Part shown: positions 1 through 11,865 of the stretch, piece after piece
Position numbering within the stretch: the stretch's first letter is position 1
Layout of the letters: every line of letters begins with the position of its first letter
NCBI GenBank assembly: GCA_949358305.1
Contig: OX442314.1
Location: 21,948,001 to 22,012,000 of the forward strand
Direction of reading: 5' to 3'
Length of the DNA stretch: 64,000 nt
Source: Strigamia acuminata
Taxonomy: Eukaryota
Notes under the pieces: generated by a model
The model's database searches: none
Told to the model about the DNA's origin: nothing
The model's input: only the letters and a program-made list of their open reading frames with translations
Program-made: the position numbers and the translations under genes

Positions 1-128
1 ACTTTCACTAAACCCAAAATCCCAAAGTCTACAAAATAAAAGTTGGCTCCACTGCATATTCTATTTTATGAAGTAAAATCAAGTCTTTTCTTGAAACCTT
101 TAAAATTGATTCCAAGTATTACTTCTAG

Positions 129-668
129 CCTAGAATACCATTGTATGTCTCCCACTGTTCAGCTGGCACATCATTAAAAACGTTGTCACACTACCTTCAG
201 GTAAAAAACAATATAATAATTGTAATTTGTTTGCTTGTTTACTATTTACATCTCTTTTCTTTTTTAACTTAAGATTCATACAACCCATAATTTTTCCAAT
301 TACGACTATGAATCTTCTAAAATTAATATACAACATTACAAGAGCGTAATATAAATATAATTTTTTAAAAAAAATTTGATTCACATTATATAAAATCTAT
401 ATTGCAGCCTTCTCCGCCGTTATATGATCTCCGAAAAATATCTGCTCCTGTTGCCTTATTCTGGTCTGAAGGCGATTTTTTCACAGACAGCCGCGACGTG
501 GCGCGACTCGCACATCAACTACCAAATGTTGTTTTAAATTATAAAATTCCATTCAAAAATTTCTCACACGCTGATTTTATGTGGGCAGTGAATGCCAGCG
601 AATTATTATATAACAAAATTATTGAAACTATGGATTTCTTTCAAATACCTCTGAACGATAGACCTTGA
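129..668 (+). CDS. Acid lipase family (LIPA/Lip3-like), last three exons of copy 1; gene begins left of the window
   Basis: Exons 129-200 (PRIPLYVSHCSAGTSLKTLSHYLQ), ~275-346 and 408-668, with catalytic Asp region SEGDFFTD and His region FSHADF. Paralogous to the genes at 7765 and 17434. Confidence 0.9.
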
Positions 669-872
669 TAGTTTGTACGTATAAATTGAATAAATTAAAA
701 TATATAGCTAACCTTCAATCTCTGTTTAGGCACGTTACATTCACAGTGAGTGCGCTGCATAGAAATCTAATGGCGTCAACTTTTCAATTTCTGCCTCCCG
801 CTTAATGTAACTCGAATACCACTCAACATTACACCAAAAATAAAAAAGAAGAAAATAATAAGCTTTCATTTA

Positions 873-1046
<174 letters not shown>

Positions 1047-1447
1047 TTATGATAAAAATAAACATTAAAGAAACCTGCGGATTGAATGTTGACTTTCAAA
1101 CAATACTCAACATTACCCCAAACAATCCAAACACAAGAATTACGATGTAAACAGTTTTCATGACTGCTTAGAACAAAGACAAATGAAATAAAAAGATGGC
1201 ATAATTCTTAACCTTGAACTTCTTTATTTAACCTGAAGGATGTGCGATGAGCTTTAGAGTCAACCACAAAGTTCTCGACCAATAAAAAATATTTTAAAAA
1301 TAAAAATATTTACAAAAAGAATGAAAAAGACTCAAAAAATTTCATACAAAATTGCAGTTTTAATGATGCAACTCTAATTTATTCTCTACACATAAAATAT
1401 TTTACAATATTAATTGTATATATCACTACAGTTTATAATCATATCAA

Positions 1448-2472
1448 TCAGAATGTTAACCTAAATTTAGCAAATCTAGCTACAATGGTGATTAGTTCGT
1501 GATAGCATGTGTTGACTTGGCCGGCAAACTCATCACCTCCAGCCAACACTTGGATACCTTCGACAAAAGCACTAGTTACTGGCACCCACTTAGACTTAAA
1601 AATATTTTTAAGTAGTTTGATGTATTTTTTAAAGCTTGGAAATACGACATCAAAAATGTAATTTTTGACTTGATCGTATTGAGCTTCGATTTTTTCACAA
1701 TTCTTTTTATATTCAGAACAGAAAGTATCGTAAAGTGTTTCTAAAAATAATAATAATAATAATTCAGTAAATATTATATTCACACAAAAATCAACTTGCT
1801 CAATACGCTGACGCTTAAAGTATCGAAATACGTCTTCAATTTTCTTAATAATATTTCTCCATCTACTGCTATGGTATTGCAGACCTTATCATCATTCCAA
1901 CCATTGAAAACAATCGCATGATCAATTATGGATTTGTAGTTAAGAAGATTATTTGATGATAATTTTTTTGCGTCTAGCTGTGTAATAAATGTTGTATTTT
2001 TTATTTTCAGTGCAAGTTAAGAGAATTAATCCAATTTTTTAGTTACGTTATTTATGATGTTTTGACAGACTTTGGCCAGTGGTATTTCGAATTTATCCAA
2101 TCTGCAATCTTTAGAATCCTAAAACAAATATTAAAAATCATAATAGAACACTATAATAGATTTCAATAAAATACATACTCCAAATATTACTGCTTTTGCA
2201 CAGCCAGCGTAGATTGCATGGTACTATACGTAGAAATAAATAAATAAATTTAACAGTTATGTGTAAAATTACACATCTTTTGTAATTTTACACTTCTGTT
2301 GTCACTGATGAATAGTCGATGCCTTTATCCGAAAAGTTGTACATTTCGGTAACTACATCGCACTTAAAATATATAAAAGAAAATAAAAAAATGAGCTATT
2401 TTTATTAAAGCAGAATGAATTCTGAGTTTGCAGACTGTAAACAAGATCAACGACAAGAAGTAAAATCTTCAT
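1448..2472 (-). pseudogene. Orphan secreted 8-Cys protein, paralog of 3493-4640; apparently disabled
   Basis: Same exon layout and same 8 Cys as the neighbour (CDVV, GCAKA, DCR, KVCQ, KVCN, FCSE, NCE, TCY). Exon 1 lacks its GT donor and exon 5 changes frame near 1860. An assembly error cannot be excluded. Confidence 0.65.
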
Positions 2473-3492
2473 GGTTATAGTTCTGAGTCTTTCACGTCAA
2501 AATTGATGTTTTCGTACAAATGAGTAGAAAAATTATTCGTGATCCTAAAACCCAAATATTTTTTTAGAATAAATTTAAGGGATTTAACAGTTGTTGACGA
2601 ACATCCGTGGCAAATTCTACATCTCCATTATCAGTCGGTCTAGTACGCACACAATCCGTGCTTTTGCGGAAACGCACACCAACTTCCTTTCACACCATGT
2701 AACTTATATGCAATATATTTATTGTTTGTAAAACTCCACTTCAGGCTGGTATACCGACTGGCATTCTTGCATACAGCGAAACACTTGCAACTGACGACCA
2801 CGATACGAGCTTCTAACGTGGTATTTTAATTTTTGTCATCGGTTGGAACAATAAAGTTTAAAACAGAATGGATTTTGAGTAACAATAACAAACAGTGGAT
2901 CTGGGCTCAGAGGTGAATGTTATTGGCAAGTAGAAAAAGTGGTTTAATTATAAAATACAATGCCGCCATTTGTCGTTTTTGCAGAGCAAATAATTATAAT
3001 AATAATAAAAAGCATGCGATAAATGTAAAATAGATGCAGGTTTCGCCGCAATACTTTTTTGTCAATTCGGGGACAATTTCTACTTTCGGCTCCTCTGCAC
3101 AACGCATTATGAAAGTTTGAAAAAAAATCAAATGCCGCGTGTTCAAATTGCCAAATTTAAGTGTCGCTTGTTAATTTTAACCTTACCTAATGGCCGCTTC
3201 TTGACTATGCAATTTTTACATCTGCATCCATCAATTCGAATAACAGTGAAAGACACATTAAATTGGCGTCCTTATCATCTTTTGGAACAAATATAGTTTG
3301 AATTAAAATAAATCAAATTTATTTTTATTGACAAAATTAAAGCAATCTAATAATCTAACAATTTATTATGTGTGGACTGGAGAGAGACTGAATTTCCAAC
3401 CTAAATGAATACAATAATAATTTCTTTTGGAAAGTAACTTTTATTTTATAATTTTTAATTGTACAATTATTACATTTTAGTACTTCAACTCC

Positions 3493-4640
3493 TTAACGAC
3501 CAGTAATAGATTTACCCATCTTGGTAGCGAAAGTAATAATTTCATTAACACATTTGGACACTTTGATACCAAAATCACCACCTCCGAAGAACAATTCCAC
3601 TCCTTGAGTAGGGGCGCCAACTCCAGGCAAGGACTTTGATTTCATGGTATTTTTAATTATTTTGATAAAATCTTTAAAGCTTGGTGCCAAATCATTAGTC
3701 AGGTAGTCTTCAACTTCTTTGGGAAGGTCTTTTAGTTCTTTACAAGCTTTGGGATCATTTTTACATATTTTATCGAACAATGCCTCTAAAAATACGAAGA
3801 TAAAAAGGTATTACTTTTAAATGAAATTATTATATTGTGTCGAAAGGTATAAATCAACTGACGAGTATGGCGAAGGCCTCCTTTCTCCAATTCCGTCACT
3901 TTCTTCAACATTTTATCGACTTCTATCGGTATCTTTTCGCAGACTTCATCTGCATCCCCACCGTTGGAGTAAATTAAATTTTCGATTGAAGATTTTAAGG
4001 CCAAAATATTGTGTTCTTTGGTTCTCTTTTGAAAGTCTACCTACAAATTTTTGTTACAATGTTTCAATAAATGAAAGGGGAATCAAATAAAAATCAAATC
4101 AAATCAAAACGCACGTGCTGTATGACTTCTTCGCAGATTTTGGCTTGTGGAAGTTTAAATTTTTTGGGGTCGCAGTTTGAGGCATCCTATGAGAAAATAA
4201 ATGTAAGCTGTGACATTGTAATAAATTGTATATCATATTTTATCGATTAAGAGCCTTATTCGAAACTGCCATTTTCGAGGGCGACTTTTAATCGGTAAAA
4301 TACGGTATTAAATAAAAAATACGTACACCCAAAACGAAAGCTTTTGCACATCCAACATAGACGACTCGGAGCTGTAAACAAAAAGTAAAATTCATATAAA
4401 TAAATAAAACAGTCTAGTAAATAAAATCATTACTTTTTTGTCTGGAACTATCGTTATGATGAATTTTGAAATCGCTTTGTACAACTCTTTGATTATGTCG
4501 CATTCCTAATACAGTATGTTGAACAAATTAATCTTAAATAAGAATTTTTTCCTTAATCATGAATCCTTGAATTTTACTTGTGATTGCGCATCATCAACCA
4601 CTACAACTGCGACGATTGCCAAGAGTAAAGTGATCTTCAT
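3493..4640 (-). CDS. Orphan secreted protein, ~240 aa, six exons, 8 Cys, family not recognised
   Basis: Signal peptide MKITLLLAIVAVVVVDDAQSQ; GT-AG exons join in phase (ECDIIKELY..., LRVVYVGCAKAFVLG, DASNCDP..., VDFQKR...HT, ALFDKICKND...SITGR*). Confidence 0.85.
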
Positions 4641-5569
4641 GATTCGGGTTGTTTGAACACTAATCTGTCTGCGACTGGTGCACACGAACTGATGTCTTTT
4701 GTAGCCATGCTATTATTTAAAAATACATAAAATAATGTTTAGGCGGAGCCATTCAACATAAATTTCTACAAAACTTTCGAAATATACTGAAAGTCTTCCT
4801 CAAATAAAAACAGGATAATGAAATTAAAGCAGCTGCCCCATAAACAATTCAAATTTTTTTTATTTCCTCCATTCTCCGTCGTTGATACTCATGATAAAAA
4901 AACCAATTTGATGGAAAAAAGTTTCACAATTTGCAAAAATAGACCAAATAAAATTTAAAAAAAAAAAAAAAAAAAAAAACTTATGGTGAAACTACCCGTC
5001 GATTTTTAGAAGCAGTTCTTCAAATGTTTACGCCTGCAAACGTTTAATAACATAAATTTTGTAGCACTCAACTTTCACTGAAAGTATTTTTGGTAAATGT
5101 TTCAGCACAATAAACTCGTAATATCCCAGTCATGTGCATCTGTGTGATATTTTTTTTATTTTGCAGTTATTTTTAATTCTGCTGCATGTGTTTTGTTTAT
5201 TCATTGTTTTCTGTCAATTTTTTGTTGTGTATTTTGAATGAAATATTTTCACTCTTAATAAATCTGTTGACGAATAAATAAGTGTTATTTTTTGTTAATC
5301 CTTGTAAATAAAAAAGATTATGTTTTTATTTAAAAGGCTTTTATGCTGTATCACTGCAATGCACTTTTTAAAATTTCCCACTAAATTTGCCATGCGGTCG
5401 CCGGCTTCTATTGCCCGAAACAGAACTTTTTCTTGACCAAACCAAAAAGAAAAACATACAGGCTTGTGCAGAACTTAAAAGAGGAGACATGCCTTTTATT
5501 CCCCTCATCAAAAGGAAGAAAGCTTGAATAAAAATGAAGAAATAAAACTTTTTTAATGTAGATTTTCTC

Positions 5570-7200
5570 ATAGGTAATATACCGAGCGCAACGTGTAATT
5601 GTCGGAATAATTAGGCCAGCACAAATCTTCTGACAAGAAGATGAGTGCTGACCTAATCCCGACAATTACTCAAGCACGAGGTGTATTTGATCCAAGAATT
5701 TACTGATAGAAAACAATGTAGATAGTGAAAATGAGATAGTGGCAATGAAATAGTGGAAATGAGATAGTGGAAATGAGATAGTGGAAATGAGATAGTGGAA
5801 ATGAGATAGTGGAAATGAGATAGTAGAAATGAGATAGTGGAAATGAGAATTAACCTTGAGATTAGGCCTAACAAAACAACAATCGTTCTCCCGACCAATC
5901 CCACGGCATTTGACATTTGATGCTTGGTTCGTAAAAGCCCCACTCTTCAATATCCCAATCAAGTAACATTTGTCTGAAAGTTGATTTGAGATTTTCTGCA
6001 CCGTGGTTATCTGGCTCATGCATGCCGACAATTTAAATACATCCCCTCCAATTTCCACTCATCTGAAATAAAATGAACGGTCAATGACATACAATTCCAT
6101 GACAACAGATGTCTAGCAATCTGTTGTCATACAGCAAAACTGCATTTGCTTTAAACTTAATTTGGCAAAATCTCTTACAAACATACAAACTTGGGATAAT
6201 AAAATTATAAAATGTCGTCTTGCACGGAATGCATTCTGTGACAATAAAAACTCCAACACTCTTAGTAATTTGGTCATTACTTGCTCTTTGGACCTGCAAG
6301 AGCGACTGTTCATCCAAATCTTTCTTTTGTAATTTTCCGTTGTTCCAAGCATGGAATTTCTGAAAGGTGCGTAAATTACGAAGCCCCTATGCAGTCGCGT
6401 CATACGCATTACAGCAGTACACTTCTGCCTGTACACAATTTTCCCTTACTTCTAGGAATGTAACTTTTAAAACAATTTGTGGTTTTAAACGCTCGAAGGT
6501 TGGGAAATTACAATGCAATGACACTGGATTATGTTTTACAACAATGATACTTTATTCTAAATTCTATACACTTAAATACAACAATGCTTGCACCTGAATG
6601 GTCAAGCATAGCAACATTACGCAAACTATACAAGTACACCGGTGATACGATTCACCTGGGAATCTAAACAAACACTCAAATCCAACACAATTATAGAAAT
6701 AAACACCTGCAGCAATGCTAATTTATCAAATGATAAAATTCAACTTGGATCTTGGAACTATTTTTTACCTAGCAATTGTTGTTTACAGTATTCATACACT
6801 AGGCCTGATTGCTCAGATTGGATGTATACACAGACAAAATAGTGCAAACTTTGAGCTCATTGTTTACATTGTTGGCTGTTTATGGAATGAAATTATTTTA
6901 GGATCTCATTCAGCATGATATAACAATCCTTCACGTTTAATATTGCAACAATCTGTGAGTATCTTATACATGTGCTTCCCTTGTGAGTAAAAATGAGAAT
7001 TACCATCATTTTTTATACTTGCTTACTGTTGCTGAAACCCTTTTCCCGCATCCCCAGATGCAAGTCACTATTCATGATATCACATGTCACATGTCCAACA
7101 GCCTATTCACCAAGTGCAATGATAAAATTGACCTTTTTGTGTTACAACACACAGTAAAGAATTCTGTGTGTTGTAACTGTTTGTAACAATGTGAGAGAGA
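5570..7200 (-). mobile_element. Possible decayed hAT transposase remnant
   Basis: Present in duplication copy 1 only. Broken frames such as SNDQITKSVGVFIVTECIP and KICAGLIIPTITRCAR loosely recall hAT motifs; many stops and frameshifts. Confidence 0.3.
5720..5848. repeat. 14-bp tandem repeat (gtggaaatgagata)n, about 9 copies
   Basis: Directly visible; explains the HFHYLISTISFPLS repeats in the ORF track. Confidence 0.95.
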
Positions 7201-7764
7201 AATGCGTTTAAATAAAGAAAGTATTGACTGTTTAGATAAAAACAATACTTTATTTTAAAAAAAATTTAAGCAGTTGTGGATTACACACTCCTGCAGTCTC
7301 CTTGTGAGCACATACTAAACAATGTTATGTTGTGCGTGCCTACAATAAAGAATGACATCTGTGACATTTATCCTGAAAAATGTGACGTGATAGGTGAAAC
7401 ACTTAATCAACAATAGCTCTACAATCTACAATCTTCTCGGCTGTCATACTAGCCGTGTTTTTACAGCTGTACTGTTTTAAATAGCCAACTACTTTTTTAT
7501 TACCAATTAATTCAAAAGATATGCAAAAATACAGATGGTGATAGTAGCTAATAGCTATTAAATAAATCGCAATCTGTAAAAGATTGAAAACATACGATAT
7601 TTTATCATTGTGTTACATCCTGCCATTGCTTTAGAATCAATCCTAGGCCCAGTTAGCTCTGGTAAACATTTAATTTTCGCTCCTCTTCAACTCTAGCTAA
7701 AATTAACATTGTTTTTCATTAACTAAATCTTAACAGAATTAGCTAGTTTATAAAAATAACTAAC

Positions 7765-9708
7765 ATGCTGAATATTGGTATCTACAATACTAAATATTTG
7801 TTAATTGGGTTATTTATCCAACATGTACATGGCGATTTACCAAACCAGTTATCATGTGAAACCACAAACATTTTGAATAAAACAAATCCTGAGTTTGACT
7901 TTAAAACGGTAAGTTTATTTCGCACATGCGCAATGATGATTATACTGCAACGATTAAAATTTCAGGTTGATTTCATTAAATTCTATAATTTCTCATACGA
8001 AGAACACATTGTGACTACCCACGATGGATATTTCATAAAAATACAACGTGTAATTAGAAAAAACATTTCCTCCATCCCAAAATATCCAGTACTACTCATG
8101 CATGGAATACTCGGTTCTTCACTGATGTGGGTGGATAATTGCGAGGCCAGTCTAGGTAAACAAATACTCACAATTTATAAAATTTATAAAATTCTACTTA
8201 TTACAACATAATTAACACAAATTCCAGCATTTATATTAGCCAATCACGGCTACGATGTGTGGCTAGGAAACATACGAGGAAATCCTTACGGCAAAGAACA
8301 TTTGAATAGAAAATATAAGTCAAAACTATTTTGGGATTTCAGGTAAATCAGGCAAAAAAGTACAAATTCCTAAACTTGCTCGCTAGCTTTGAATGCTAAC
8401 GATGACGAATCCAAACTGTAAGTTATGTGCAGGTTTTATGAGTTATTTCACCCAACAGTTTTACCGAAAATGGTGTACAAGATGTTCCATCCATAATCGA
8501 CTTAATACTTGAGAAAACAGGCTTCCACCAGTTGCACTACATTGGCCATAGCATGGGAGCGACAATGATGTTCGTGCTTTTATCCTCAAAACCAGAATAC
8601 AATCTTAAGATTAACAGCTTTACAGCCCTCGCTCCCGTAGTTTATATGGACAATATTTATCCCAGTCAACGAGTTCTAATCGATAAATTCGATGACTTCA
8701 AAGTAAGCAATAAAATTTACATTCATTTCTTCTTGTGAAACCACTAGAATACAACATTTGTGAACATTCACAGAGCCTTTTAACAATGTTTCATCAGTAC
8801 GCGCTCATTCCGAATCCGGCAATAATTTCTCTACTCGGTGAGTTCTGTCCATTAGGGAAAAATAAATGTGACAACCCTATCTCTCTGTTGGTTGGCAACA
8901 ACACGTCATTACTAAATAAGGTTAGTCTGTGAGCAACATTGTATTTATTGTGAGTGGCTGGACGCACTCACAAGATTAAATAAATGACATTAAGACTGTA
9001 TTTCCCAATTCCTGAGCTTATTTCAGTTCTTTCCCTAAGTCACTTATGAATTAAATTCATTAATTTGACTACCGAATGCAAAATGGTATTTGTAGTATAA
9101 AATATATAAATTTTATGGAGCAAAATCAAATGTTTCTTTGAGGCCTTGTTGAAAATTTATTCAAAGTTTACTTCCAGGTAAGAATACCACTGTACGTCTC
9201 CCACAATTCAGCTGCCACATCATTAAACACATTGTCCCACTATTCTCAAGTAAATCAATTGCAATTTGTTTGTTTTCTTTACCATTTACATCTCTTTTCT
9301 TTTTTAACTTAAGATTTATAAAACCCATAATTTTTCCAATTACGATTATGGATCTTCGCAAATTAATACACAACATTACAACAACGTAATATAAATCTAA
9401 TAATTTCTTTTTAAATTTGATTTAAATTGTATAAAATCAAAACTATGCAGACTTATCCGCCATTATTCGATTTGAGCAAAATATCAGCTCCCGTTGCCAT
9501 ATTCTGGTCTGAAGGCGATTACTTAGCAGACAGCCGCGACGTGGCGCGACTCGCACATCAACTACCAAATGTTGTTTTAAATTATAAAATTCCTTTCAAA
9601 AATTTCTCACACGCCGATTTTTTGTGGGCCATGAATGCCCGCGAATTATTTTATAACAAAATGATTCAAACTATAGATTCGTTTCAAACACCTCAAAACA
9701 ATGTATAA
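7765..9708 (+). CDS. Acid lipase family (LIPA/Lip3-like), copy 2, secreted
   Basis: Signal peptide, PVLLMHGILGSS, GYDVWLGNIRGN, nucleophile elbow HYIGHSMG, SEGDYLAD and FSHADF; eight GT-AG exons. Confidence 0.93.
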
Positions 9709-9923
9709 AATGAATGAATAAATTAAAATATATATTCAAATTAGCGCCACATGACCTCTAATCTGATTACATCACAACCATTCAACCAATCCGATAAGAA
9801 ATAAATAAATTAACTTATCAGTTGAGCACTTTGCAGGAGCTGTGATTTCCTACCATTCTATCGCTTCCAATGGTCCAGTAAACATCATCTTAAATTCATT
9901 CAAGCACTCGTCAACTTATCGAC

Positions 9924-9975
9924 ATGCATCGCATAACTCGCCTTAGTGTTTTGGCTAACTGTCGACACGTAAAAC
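9924..9975 (+). pseudogene. 17-codon stub of the mitochondrial P450 N-terminus left at the duplication junction
   Basis: MHRITRLSVLANCRHVK is identical to the start of the gene at 19576, then homology stops abruptly. Confidence 0.9.
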
Positions 9976-10120
9976 AATTTACAAAAATAAACCAAATAAA
10001 ATTTAAAAAAAAAAAAAAACTTATGATGAAGCTATACTTGTCGATTTTTAGAAGAAGTTCTTCAAATGTTTACGCCTGCAAATGTTTAATAACATAAATT
10101 TTGTAGCACTCAACTTTCAC

Positions 10121-10260
10121 TAGCTGCATTAAAAAACTAAAATATTTTGTGTTTTACTTCAATTTTAAACCAAAAATGACATCATTTCCTGTTTAAACCC
10201 ATGTTAAAACTTAAAATACAGTTAAACTAAAATTTTTATTTTTATTTTTGAATGCAGCTA
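10121..10260. mobile_element. 140-bp MITE, TIR tagctgcatt
   Basis: Ends tagctgcatt...aatgcagcta; absent from the paralogous site at ~5079. Related copy at ~13974-14188 and a related end at 44170-44180. Confidence 0.85.
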
Positions 10261-10438
10261 TTGAAAGTATTTTTGTTAAATGTTTCAGCACAATAAACTC
10301 GTAATATCCCAGTCATGTGCATCTGTGTGATATTTTTTTTATTTTGCAGTAATTTTTAATTTTGCTGCATGTGTTTTGTTAATTCATTGTTTTCTGTCAA
10401 TTTTTTTTAATGTAAGTTACATATTGTTGTGCAGATAT

Positions 10439-10946
10439 TAGAGAGTTTGCGGGATGCATTTTTCCCTAACAGTTAAACACTATACGGTATAAAAATAGTG
10501 TAAGGAAAAAATGATAAAATAGAGAGTTTGCGGGCTGCATTTTTCCATTATCACTACACTATTTCACTATGTCACGTGATCTCCGAAACTGTAGCAGTCT
10601 CTTTTGAAAAAAATTAGAGATAATTGTTGTATTTTACTGCTTCAAAACAATGAAGCACCTTTATTATTGTGAATTAAAACCAAATGAAAGAGAAAACAAT
10701 GATATAAACCTTAATACGTGCCCTTTGTGCAAAGCGAAGAAATTAAAATGGCGGCAAATGAGGTCGTTGCTAATCCAAATTTAAAGGCTCTGTGACGTAA
10801 ATAGTGGAAAACTACCGGATTGGCTGCGCTATATTTTAATTTAGTGTTCAAAACGATACACTAAACATTTTTCCCTTACGATATGGCACTAAAATAGTGT
10901 AAGGGAAAAATAGTGTAAGGGAAAAATGCATCCCGCAAACTCTCTA
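10439..10946. mobile_element. ~500-bp MITE, ~29-bp TIR tagagagtttgcgggatgcatttttccct
   Basis: Perfect inverted ends; absent from duplication copy 1. A related end occurs at 52890-52903. Confidence 0.88.
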
Positions 10947-11455
10947 TTGTAAACTCTTTTTTGTATGATATATTTTCACTCTTAATAAATCTTTTGACGA
11001 ATAAATAAATGTTTTTTTGTTGTTAATCCTTGCTTTCATTGATTTAAAAACAAGTAAATAAAAAATATTATGTTTTTATTTAAAAGGCTCTTATGCTATA
11101 TCCCTGCTGGCTTCACTGCAATGCACTTTTTCAAATTTCCCACTGAATTTGCCATGCGGTCGCCAACTTCGATCGCCCGAAACGAAACTTTTTCTTGATC
11201 AAACCAAAAAGAAAAACAGACAGGCTTGTGCAGAACTTAAAACGGGAGACATGCCTTTTAATCCCCTCATTAAAAGGGGGGAGGACCCCTTTTAATCACC
11301 TTTGTTAAGTTGGCCCCCCAAGTATAAGTCCAATCAAAAAAAATTATTGGACTAGATAGCCCTTTCAATGGACAACATTGGACATCTCTTTATTTTGATT
11401 GGACTCGCTTCATTCTTATCACTTTTTCGACTTTTAACTTGGGGGGCCAACTTGA

Positions 11456-11846
11456 TGCCAGCCCCCCAAAATCAATGGACAGCAGAATTAATGATTGGAC
11501 TTTATGCAGAATTCAATGGACATGATTGGACAGTTGTTTATTTTGATTGGACTCGCTTAGATTTTTAAATATGGCTGATTGAAAATCCAGTGCCAGCCCC
11601 CCAAAATCAATGGACAGCAGAATTAATGATTGGACTTTATGCAGAATTCAATGGACATGATTGGACAGTTGTTTATTTTGATTGGACTCGCTTAGATTTT
11701 TAAATATGACCGATTGAAAATCCAGTGCCAGTCCCCCAAAATCAATGGACAGCAGAATTAATGATTGGACTTTATGCAGAATTCAATGGACATGATTGGA
11801 CAGTTGTTTATTTTGATTGGACTCGCTTAGATTTTTAAATATGGCT
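11456..11846. repeat. Left-arm 135-bp tandem units, about 3 copies
   Basis: tgccag(c/t)ccccc at 11456, 11591 and 11726. Confidence 0.95.
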
Positions 11847-11865
11847 ACAGGAAAGGAATAAACTT

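Noticed and set aside
130..384. Minus-strand ORF recurring at 9161-9376 and 18815-19030, looking like a conserved antisense gene
   Set aside because: It is the shadow of two plus-strand lipase exons and their intron; the recurrence follows from lipase duplication.
5653..6058. ORFs with HFHYLISTISFPLS repeats
   Set aside because: Translation of a 14-bp minisatellite.
9171..9183. ttccag|gtaaga resembling a recursive splice site (also at ~18825-18837 and in the last exon of P450 A)
   Set aside because: The GT is explained by codons (V-R, G-K-R) and the introns are short, so recursive splicing is not needed.
11456..11846. Regularly spaced repeats resembling a CRISPR array
   Set aside because: The units are contiguous and near-identical with no unique spacers, there are no cas genes, and the context is eukaryotic.
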